Source: a bacterium
GTDB taxonomy: Bacteria; SAR324; NAC60-12
NCBI GenBank assembly: GCA_965233585.1
Contig: CBDDTI010000221.1
Location: 1-11,258, forward strand
Length of the DNA stretch: 11,258 nucleotides
Reading direction: 5' to 3'
The notes beneath the pieces are model-generated. The model saw only the letters and a program-made list of their open reading frames with translations. It had not been told where the DNA came from and ran no database searches. Both the position numbers and the translations under genes were made by a program. Every line of letters begins with the position of its first letter. The first letter of the stretch is position 1. This document shows positions 1 to 9,373 of the stretch, in pieces.

Positions 1-1013
1 TGATATTCAGTCACCTGTCAAGCGTGGACGCATAGCTACAGACGGTTTTTCCTTTTTCACTGCATTTGCGATTACGAAAGAAAGCAGAAAATGTATATCA
101 TGTTATTTTCTTTTAAAAAAGATTAACCAAGACACTTTCAACCGTATCATACTTATTGCAAAGTACGGGGCCATTACTACACCCATATTACGCTACATAT
201 TTAAACCCTGGGCTACTTACAACAGGAAAACCGTAAGGAAAAAAACTGAATAAATAATTAATTATCACGACACATATAAACTAAAATAAAATAAAATAAA
301 ACTGTAGATAATGTTGGCTGATGTTAACGCGGAAAATATCCAAAAAACAACCCTGAAGTAGCCAAGGAAATATGAACAGAATATCTCGATTTTTGCGTCA
401 TCAGCTCGCGCAATTGAGCGCCTGCACGTACACAACGAAAGAAATTTCCCTCAAGCTAAGCTTGATAGCAAAATAAATATTCCTTTTCCGCTTTTAAACG
501 AGCATGGTGACCTATATTTGTTTATCGCATAATACCAGTGTACATATTATCCCCTTTAATTTTAAACAAATACAAAAAAGGTTATCGGACAGAAAAAAAT
601 AGGTGATATAGGTGAAAGCGTGGTAAAAATCATTACTCTGGAATACAAATTATGACCGTGAAAACATAACTAATACGAACGCTTTATGTCCACGTCGTTT
701 TAAATAGTGCGATTTTTCGACAAATTTTATATGATATTGTTCCATGTGCTCGACACTTTCTACCTGTCAAGTTTTTTTTCTAAGTATTATTTAATTAACT
801 ATGCTTCCGGCTACCGCAAAATTTAACTTGGCTAATGAATAACGCGTGTGCTTAGCACGAGCACAGGCATAATTTGGGTAAGATTGGCTCGTCACATCTC
901 TTAAGCGAACATGATGACCTATTATTTTTATTGTGTCTTTCGAAACAGTGCTTGGTAGAGAACATTCAGGGAAAGTTAAAAAAAATTCATCGGTAATTTT
1001 CTGAGAAATCACC
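1..1013. mobile_element. Putative non-autonomous DNA transposon ending in ...gagaaatcacc|TTAA (Kolobok-like); left end at or just before the window start
   Basis: The right end is followed by TTAA (1014-1017). Its reverse complement ggtgatttctcag resembles the first bases of the window (tgatattcag). There is an internal 22-bp direct repeat, 494-515 vs 901-922 (19/22). Confidence 0.4.
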
Positions 1014-2432
1014 TTAAATTATTGTTAGACATTGTACTCACTTCTTTCGCGAATATTGCTCTCGCGTTGCATGCGTTGATATTTTCGTGGAGGATCTGTC
1101 GTTTCATTTCGTTTCGTTTCCGAAGAATGGAAAGCCTCCAACGCTTTGGGGAAGTCTTCTTTGATTTTTAATTACAAGCAAGGGAGCTTCGGCTCTCGGT
1201 ATGTTTTAATTCATTTCGAAAATTGAATAGGAGTTTGAATAAGACACGGATGTCCCCTGCACTCCCCTGCACAACAACAACTGAATGACCGGCAGAGAAA
1301 TGTTTCGACAAACGAGTACAAAAGGCAAACAAACGCCCAAACGCAAGCTAGGCAACCGAACAAACAGATGACCGAAAGTGCAGGCAAACGCTGGCTGCTT
1401 AAGCAACAAAAAGAGTTACAACTCAAAGGGAATCTGATTGATTGCCCCTAAATGTGGACAGTAGCTAGATAAACATATTTTAAAAAACAAAAATTTGCCG
1501 GCGAATTGTTTAATTCGAAATATTGCTTCTCCGAGAGAGCGACTTTTGTACGATCACTTCACATTTTCTTAATCCTATTTCGAAAACGTTCGTTAACTTT
1601 TTACTGCAACTGCAATATTTTTTGAGCGCTTTTAGTCCTGAAACCGAGGGAACAAATAAATTGGCGAAAAAACAGAATTCGCTTTGACTTTTAGCTTTCA
1701 AAAGGTAATCAGGGAGCTCGCATTAAGTGGTCGCGAAAAATTCGGCAATTCATTTTATTTCATTTTTCTTGGTATAGTTTGATAGCCAGCTCTAGAAGCA
1801 TTAATTTGATATGTAGCAGGAGCCCGGATGTAGACGTATAATTAGGTATCTGCAGCTGAAATCGGACGCGCTACCTCGCTTGTACGAAAGGCACCCATAA
1901 AGGTATTCAGTAACGTTTATTTACGCGTTTCTCTTTGCCAATTACCCTGGTCACCATAGAATTAACGATTTTTTGCTCCCTTAGTTTTGGTTAACTTTTT
2001 TTTGTTAAATTAATTTAATTTTTGCAAAAAAAGTTGGGGGGGGGGGGGTGCTAAAGACCTCCAGCCCCCAGGTTCCCTCTTCGCTGTCCGCTGTCCCTCA
2101 AAAGCACTCGAAAATCTCTAGTCGCACTTTCAATAGAAAACTTGCCTTCACACCTGATGGCAACTGAAGTATATTACTTGAAGTATTTTCGCAGTAACTC
2201 AGTCATACACATCACAAATGCGATTGTTCAGTCGACAGTAAAATCGTGAAGTGCATGTACTTGCATTTTTTCTGAAGAGCGACATAGCAATAGCAGCTGA
2301 ACACAAAGGAGAAAACGACTTTTTTTGTATTTCTCCAAACTGGCTCAACGCGGTTTTCGGCAAAGAAATCGCTTTAGCCGGGCTTTAGATAACCAAAAAC
2401 ATGCATTTTCGTATGACTATTCCAATGTTCAG

Positions 2433-2604
2433 GAATCCCGAGACAGAGGAGGAAGGCCTGCGCTGCCTCCATCACCACACCAGACATTTCTTTTTCCTGA
2501 AGTCACTGCTCGCGATCCTGTCTCTCCCGCATCGGTCTGGTCAGCCACGAGCGCGCCTGCAGTCGACATCAACGTCGACCAACTTCTTAAATCTTCGTGA
2601 TGTG
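2433..2604 (+). mobile_element. 5'-truncated RTE-clade non-LTR retrotransposon (3' end only)
   Basis: A GC-rich 172-bp insert lies between perfect 14-bp direct repeats ATTCCAATGTTCAG (2419-2432 and 2605-2618). The frame at 2441-2590 reads RQRRKACAASITTPDISFS*SHCSRSCLSRIGLVSHERACSRHQRRPTS*, matching the RTE C-terminal Cx2C...SRIGLxSH motif with one Cys mutated to TGA. A short tga-rich tail follows. Confidence 0.85.
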
Positions 2605-3119
2605 ATTCCAATGTTCAGCAGAGCTGTTTGGGTGTAAAGAAATTATCTGGTTAAAACTTGAAACAGCAGCTGGTTTGTAATTTGCTGAAGAGCATTTGGT
2701 GCCAAATGATGTGAAAAGCTAAACATTTTGTACAAATTTACAGAACCCAGTATGGAGCCACCATGTTGGCACGTGCACCTCCAACGGACACCAACAAGGC
2801 GGCCGGAAAATTGTGTAAAGATCTGGAACTTACTTTGGTTATCTAGGGGACTGATTATCTGAATTGATCGAGCAAATATTTAAATAAACGCTTTTCCTAA
2901 TACGTTAACTTCTAAAAGGGCTAAAAATCCCGAGATAAGTATATATTTTTCGACAAACACGTTCATAGCTTCATGCCACGCACCGCCATAACTCTGAAAT
3001 TTTAAAGTGTGCCTGTTTTTAGACAAAGCAAGTTATTGAGCTGAAAAATTGTTAACAGATATAAATTTATCCCCTCTAATGCCCGATGAAGATAATAACT
3101 TTGGTGGCTTTTTAAGCCC

Positions 3120-3390
3120 GGCGATGTTACACGAGGCAATTTTTCTTGCAACTTGCAAAGCAACGATGACAAATAAAAAACCTTTCAAGTTGCGGAGGTA
3201 ATGTTACACGCAAGCAACTTGTCTCGCAACGTTGCGAAAAGTAGAAGGCCATTCTACTTTTCTTGCGACTCGCAACGCTGCAATTGCAGTTGCAAAATGG
3301 GGTGTTGCACGTGAATTTTGTCTTGCAACTTGCAACGCAACGTTTGTTGCGTTGCAAGTTGCAAGAAAAATTGCTTCGTGTAACATGGCC
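3120..3390. mobile_element. Palindromic MITE (Harbinger/Tourist-like)
   Basis: ~45-bp TIRs, ggcgatgttacacgaggcaatttttcttgcaacttgcaaagcaac and gttgcgttgcaagttgcaagaaaaattgcttcgtgtaacatggcc. It has internal ttgcaa-rich repeats and a central aaaagtagaa/ttctactttt stem. TTAA lies near both ends but the TSD is not clean. Confidence 0.8.
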
Positions 3391-3400
3391 TTAAATTAGT

Positions 3401-3437
<37 letters not shown>

Positions 3438-4179
3438 GAGGATAGCACATGAAATAGCATTGCCCTAATATGGACTACATGAACTTATACGGGAAAAGCG
3501 TCACCAGTGCCCTTTGCCGTGGCTGTGATTTTGTGACTGCTCTCACTCATTGTCAGTATTTTGTAGAACTGAATGGAAAATCCTGGAAAATCATAGAAAA
3601 TACTCAAATAGAACTACATCGGGAACATGGTTATGATACTGATTAAGAGTAGAAGAGAGAACTTACGAGGCTTATTTTCGCCGCGCAGGAAAACAACTTT
3701 TTTTTTCATTTCCTTGTCAGGTTAGCCAACAATAACGAAGCCATTGATTTAGCAGCGTGTCTAAACCCCAAGTGATCACAATTTTGTAATGCCGCGGGTA
3801 GTTATAAACAGCGCCAAAGGTCTCGATTATTATTTATAAATGTTGAAGAAGTTTCTTGAATAACGGTATTACAGCCGATACTGGCAAAATTTTGACCCAG
3901 AGTAAAATATAATTTTATTGTATTTTTAGTATTGAATTAAGGATATTGCTGTTGCTGTCACCCCTTGTACTTTTGCGATGGAGCTTCCCTAGCTACGCTT
4001 AGCTTTTATAAAAAAAAAAGAAGTCGTTTGCAGGTGTTAATGTGCTTTGTGTGTCTTGTTGGTAATTAGATTTTTAAGTTCCTTTCGCGAAGTTTCAATT
4101 AAAAAAATGCCTGTTGTTTTCCTTTGTTTTGATCAGGTTCACATGCCTGATTCGGTTGCCTGTAGCACGACAGTGTTTA

Positions 4180-4311
4180 CAAGTTTAAACTGTCATTGTC
4201 AAATGCGGTGAGTAGTTATGAACATATTAATTATTAGAGTTTTTCTACTTCACCTTAATTACATTCATAAACACGTACTTCACCGCTTTTGACACTGACA
4301 TTTTAAACTTG
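4180..4311. repeat. Long imperfect inverted repeat (hairpin) of unknown origin
   Basis: 4180-4211 pairs with 4280-4311 at 29/32 positions. Further pairing is possible in the loop (ttatgaa / ttcataa). Confidence 0.85.
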
Positions 4312-4850
4312 ACAGTTCGGTCACGAGGACGGCTTGGCTAGCTTGTATTTTGCTTTTTATATGCTTCAGTCTTGACCATTTCCTCGGTCGTCACTTGTGT
4401 GGTGTTCCAGTTTCATTGAGTGTTCAAACATGAAAACAAATTACTCAAATGGAAGTGTCTGGTAAACATTAAAGTCCCTTTCATAGCAAAAAACATACTG
4501 CACAGCTTTCTGCACATCTCTCATAGCCCTACCTGCGGGCTCAGGCTATTATAATGCAAGCTGCAGTTTCCAATGCTTGAAGGAGTGGCGGACTGTAATA
4601 ATTAAGGCACGCGAGGATGTCGCTCAGTTGATTTATTTATACTTGGGCAAGCATGAATATTTTTCGGCATTTCACTTTTAAGAAAACAAGGCTCCCCTGG
4701 CTGCTGAGGGGTTCCCTTGCTCATATAGTCAGTGGTTTGCTCAGTTATAAATATGCAATATGTGAAGAGAGTTTGTGGACGAATTGTGTCTTCTGAAATT
4801 TCTTGTGTACAGCGGGGAAATAAAGGGTTCGGGAACTTTGTTTATGTTTA

Positions 4851-5633
<783 letters not shown>

Positions 5634-5875
5634 ATTTAGTTCGTAACTTTTTTGTTTAGGGACTGTTCATTAATTATACGTAGGGGTGGGCTGGAGGAAA
5701 ATTAAGTAAAATCAAAAACAATTTTTCCTGCCCCCCCCCCCCCCCCATGAACTGTAAATTTTTTCAAGACCCCCCCCAATTTCCCTCAGATATATTTCAA
5801 AGCCCCCCCCCCACCCCCGCTCCCCCACCTTCACCTCTCCGACAACCTCAACCAGTAAAAAAAATAACAATCTAC

Positions 5876-6127
5876 CTAGTGGATAGCAACAGTTGAAGCG
5901 CTGCCAGCCACTCTACCGGACCGCGTAGTGACTGTTTCTGGTATTGTAATAAATTCCTCCTCCTCTTCACTCCACGATTCAGCAGCTAGGACCTCATCTT
6001 CCGAACTGCAAGCATCCTCTTCGTCACTGTCTTCACTTGAGTCATCATCATGATAATCGCTAGTCACATTTTTGCCATATTTTGCAGTTTGTTTAACAAC
6101 AAATGACTTGAGATCCTCTGCACCCAA
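5876..6127 (-). pseudogene. Acidic C-terminal remnant of a probable transposon-encoded protein
   Basis: The translation ...DYHDDDSSEDSDEEDACSSEDE...EEEEEFITIPETVTTRSGRVAG...* has a low-complexity acidic tail and a TTRSGR motif, often seen at the ends of invertebrate TE proteins. There is no true ATG and there are in-frame stops upstream. Confidence 0.5.
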
Positions 6128-6218
6128 TCATCTTCCCTTCCATTACAGGAAAGTTTGTAGTGCCTTAGTGCTGAAGCCCCGGTTTTGTCAGGAAGTGCAG
6201 TTTACCATTTTTTTGTAG

Positions 6219-6759
6219 TTTCTTCCAGTAGTAATCGAAGAATAAGATAGACGTAGAAAGAGGAGAAAGTAAGAAAATAAGCGTAAATCCAAGAAGAGAA
6301 AACAAGAAATTCTGGTGAGAAATAGTCAAGCATTAGCAAGCTTGATGACTGGAAGTGCAGCTGAAGATAGGTTTTCAGTTCCCAATCCATCTGAAATAAG
6401 AAAGACAGAACTACCCAGAAAACATTATGAGACCCTGAAGTACTTATTAGAGAATGTATTTTCCATGAAGATGCAAGAGAGTGCATTCTTAGCATTCTAT
6501 CAGTACTGGAAGTAAGAAAGGTACAAACAAAGGCCTCTGCATGAAAAAAAAAAAGGAAAAAAAAGCTCAAAAACCCCATCATGGGGCAAAAATCCCTATT
6601 TGATATTTTCAAAGCGAAAAATCTGAGGATGAAAAGGTTGTTGAAGAAAGTGACAACCTTAAAAATGTTGCTGTTCTCCATGACAGTATTGAGGAGAGTT
6701 GTGGAGATGATAGCGCTTGCAGTGACCCAGGAGATAGTGAAAGCGATTTCAAAGACTGA
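6219..6759 (+). pseudogene. Decayed terminal exon of a second probable element-encoded protein (basic NLS-like tract and acidic tail)
   Basis: After an acceptor-like ttttttgtag (ends 6218), one frame reads VIEE*DRRRKRRK*ENKRKSKKRKQEILVRNSQ...FYQYWK*ERYKQRPLHEKKKGKKSSKTPSWGKNPY. A one-base frameshift near 6600 then gives YFQSEKSEDEKVVEESDN...DSACSDPGDSESDFKD* (TGA 6757-6759). Confidence 0.5.
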
Positions 6760-7115
6760 AAGTGATCTTGTTCTCAGCCCTTTTGAGACTAAACATCATG
6801 TATAGTTGACAGCTTGTACATATTTTAACATTACTACCTGCTATATATCAGGTGTTATTATTTAACAAATTGTAACACTATCCAAATATGGTCATGATGC
6901 TCTCGATATCTGTCATCCGTAGGAAACAGATATCCGGCGATATACATAGCTTCGTGCGCGGGAAGAAAAAGTGAAGTGAAAAAATGTCGACAGAAAGCGT
7001 TAAAAATGTTACGAGTTTTGTTATCAATTTGTTGAATAATAAAACAATTATCCCGCTCAATCTTGCGGAATATCGTCTGATTTTAGCCGACTCGGCCTAC
7101 GGCCTCGGAATTACG

Positions 7116-7225
7116 GTCGTTTCGCCCCAAGTCCGTTTCGCCCCAAGTCGTTTCGCCCCAACCCAGAGTCGTTTCGCTCCAACTCAGAGTCGTTTCGCCC
7201 CAACTGAAAAGTCGTTTCGCCCCAA
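7116..7225 (+). repeat. Left subterminal tandem array, six copies of GTCGTTTCGCCCCAA
   Basis: Copies start at 7116, 7131, 7147, 7168, 7189 and 7211, spaced 15-16 bp then 21-22 bp. Confidence 0.95.
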
Positions 7226-7479
7226 CTTAAAGTTGTTTAGTTTAAAGTAATTTGCAATGTATTTACAAATTACTAGAGGAATAAAATGTCAACTTTGAAA
7301 CATGAGGTTGTTGGTAACGTTTTAAATTGTTCATTTCACTCTCCCCAATCTCTCTTTTCCACCCACGCCATGTTGATAATGCGCCGCCGGTTGATCGATG
7401 GCCGATCGCAGTTGTAAAACTTAATAGACTTTCCAGGGCTTCTACCTGTAGAGTATCAAACGCTATTTAAACTTTGTTT

Positions 7480-7803
7480 GAAGCCTGGAGCGTATATGGA
7501 CAAGCCGTCCGCACGAATAATGACTTGGAGGGCTGGCACAACGGCCTTAACCGACGCGCTGGGGGCAGAGTTCATATAGCATTCTACGTCCTGATCCAGC
7601 ACCTCCACAAGGAAGCCAAACTGTTCGAAATTCAAGTTAGGTTAGTCTCTGATCGCAAACTGCAAAGAATTCAAAGGCAAACGTACCGTCGCCTCCAAAC
7701 TAAGATTTTTGAGCTCTGGGACGACTACGCATCCAAAGCTATATCAGCAGAGCAATTGCTCAAAGCTTGCAGTCGCCTCAATGGACCAGTTAGGTCATAT
7801 TAG
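7480..7803 (+). pseudogene. C-terminal fragment of a MULE DDE transposase
   Basis: The translation WSVYGQAVRTNNDLEGWHNGLNRRAG...FYVLIQHLHKEA carries the RTNNxxEGWHNxLN motif around the last catalytic Glu (codon 7528). It is stop-free to TAG at 7803. It begins abruptly at the inner edge of the left TIR with no ATG. Confidence 0.85.
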
Positions 7804-7828
7804 CATTAATTCGTTTAATTAGTTTAGG

Positions 7829-8023
7829 TTTAGACTTGGTCGGATTGAGTTCCATTTGAATAGGTTCGGTTCGGTTCGATCGGATTTAGTTTCTTGACGC
7901 GACTGTAGTAACGTAAATAAATATAGGTTTCAATAGAGTTTATAGCAATAACAGGTGTTTTAGACTTGGTCAGATTGACGGTTCCGTTTAAATAGAGTTG
8001 AAAGTAATAACATGTAAATAGGT
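7829..8023 (+). repeat. Diverged direct duplication with a 130-bp period, 3' of the transposase fragment
   Basis: tttagacttggtcggattga (7829) recurs as tttagacttggtcagattga (7959). Each is followed by similar gttcc.ttt.aatag and gtaaata segments. Confidence 0.7.
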
Positions 8024-8538
8024 AAAATAAATGCTGTTCAATAAACTATGAAGTTACACTCTGAGGATGTGGTTGATTGTCTCTCCCCCGGGGATCATGT
8101 TTATTTGAATTTTGCATACATCTACACTTTTCTGATTCCACAGAACATCACACATTAATTGACCAGTGCTTGTTTTGTTTTGGACGGGACGAAACAACTT
8201 TAAGTTGGGGCGACCTTTGTTGCCATGCGAGTGCAACAATACTACTTCTGATCTACGCGCGTAATCAAACAAATACATTTAGACTAACAAGGTTTAAATA
8301 GCGCTTGATACTCTACAGGTAGAAGCCCTGGAAAGTCTATTAAGTTTTACAACTGCGATCGGCCATCGATCAACCGGCGGCGCATTATCAACATGGCGTG
8401 GGTGGAAAAGAGAGATTGGGGAGAGTGAAATGAACAAATTAAAAAGTTACCAACAACCTCATGTCTCAAAGTTGACATTTTATTCCTCTAGTAATTTGTA
8501 AATACATTGCAAATTACTTTAAACTAAACAACTTTAAG

Positions 8539-8631
8539 TTGGGGCGAAACGACTTTGAGTTGGGGCGAAACGACTCTGAGTTGGGGCGAAACGACTCTGA
8601 GTTGGGGCGAAACGACTTGGGGCGAAACGAC
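8539..8631 (-). repeat. Right subterminal tandem array, five inverted copies (TTGGGGCGAAACGAC)
   Basis: Copies start at 8539, 8560, 8581, 8602 and 8617. Confidence 0.95.
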
Positions 8632-9373
8632 CTGTTTCCCGGCCTCGTCGGCTAAGTATCACACGATATTCCGCGCGATTTCGCAGGATAATTGTTAATT
8701 TTGCTATACCAGTGCAGTTAATGCCATGTGAGATTTCATTGTTATACTTTTAATATTCTTATAGTTCAGTTTCTACCAAGCATGTTTCTTCTTATGTTCA
8801 AGATAACTGCATCCAAGTTTGTTGAATAAAAGGTTTAGCATAATTCCCTGCATTTACACATAACACTTGTTAACTGATTGTCCTGTTTAAATAAAGCAAT
8901 CAAGAGTTCATTCATGAAAAAATAGGGGCTTGTATTTCTGATTAACAAAATCAATTGAGCAATTAAGCTATTGTTATTTTGACAGATTACTAACTTGTGC
9001 CACCTGTCATATAAATTCTGATTTCATACTTCACATTTTGAATGGTCAGTAAGTTCACATGAGTACAAGGTATTCTACGATGTTTGTTTCTTTGACAAGG
9101 ATAATCTGATAAAACAAGTTTATTTCTTTCAAGGCCCCCCTTCACTGATCAGACAAAACAATTTAGGAAGCCCCCCCTCCTTGCTGTGATTTTTTTTCGA
9201 GGCCCCCCTAATTTTCCTCCAGCCCCCCCTCCCCCGCCCCCCCCTGACCCATAATTAATGAACGGTCCCTTACCTGAACGACAAAATTAAAATTCCCTCC
9301 AGTTTTTCAAACTTGGAGGCTGGCGCACAGTCAAAACTCGCGCATGCTTATTTCGTTTTTCCCGCGCTCTGAA

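Larger units (their letters stand above)
7107..8639 (+). mobile_element. Non-autonomous Mutator-superfamily (MULE, Phantom/foldback-like) DNA transposon, internally deleted
   Basis: Long TIRs at ~7107-7478 and ~8286-8639 with GGAA...TTCC ends. CGGCCTC is duplicated at 7100-7106 and 8640-8646 (8 bp if the next G is counted). It has subterminal tandem arrays and an internal MULE transposase fragment. Confidence 0.9.
6873..8696. mobile_element. Unclassified hairpin-ended interspersed repeat, split by the MULE insertion (pieces ~6873-7106 and 8647-8696; left boundary approximate)
   Basis: 7043-7091 (aacaattatcc...gcggaatatcgtctgattttagccgac) is the imperfect reverse complement of 8647-8696 (gtcggctaagtatcacacgatattccgc...ggataattgtt). 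Removing the MULE and one TSD copy restores a ~115-nt hairpin with a ggcc-tac-ggcc apex. Confidence 0.6.
5659..9269. mobile_element. PIF/Harbinger-like non-autonomous DNA transposon carrying nested insertions
   Basis: The left end GGGACTGTTCATTAATTAT...GGGCTGGAGGAAAATTA is inverted at the right end as TAATTTTCCTCCAGCCC...ATAATTAATGAACGGTCCC. TTA flanks both sides (5656-5658 and 9270-9272). GGG..CCC ends with a TTA TSD fit PIF/Harbinger, but no transposase core is visible. Confidence 0.75.

Noticed and set aside
1816..1825. gcaggagccc, matching half of the 5009-5028 palindrome
   Set aside because: The match is only 10 bp, with no partner end or TSD, so it could be chance.
1710..2099. Possible hAT-like element (cagggag ... 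gtccctc, with a poly-G tract near 2036-2048)
   Set aside because: The terminal match is too short and there is no TSD, so boundaries cannot be supported.
2325..2637. Three overlapping ORFs (91, 78 and 60 aa)
   Set aside because: They are alternative frames of the GC-rich RTE fragment. The homologous frame is 2441-2590.
4695..4736. Small hairpin (ctggctg...tagtcag) as a snoRNA or miRNA
   Set aside because: The stem is short and bulged, and there are no convincing H/ACA or C/D boxes.
6202..6681. 159-aa hydrophobic minus-strand ORF resembling a membrane protein
   Set aside because: It is the antisense shadow of an A/G-rich, Lys/Glu-coding plus strand, so its Phe/Leu richness is compositional.
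6581..6805. 74-aa plus-strand ORF as an independent gene
   Set aside because: A different frame (6604-6759) gives the coherent acidic tail that continues the upstream remnant.
7116..7225. CRISPR-like array (also 8539-8631)
   Set aside because: The repeats are only 15 bp, with 0-7 bp near-identical linkers. They are mirrored as TIRs, there are no cas genes, and the context is eukaryotic.
6984..7250. 88-aa ORF with SRFAPTQ repeats
   Set aside because: It crosses the host/MULE junction and simply translates the tandem array.
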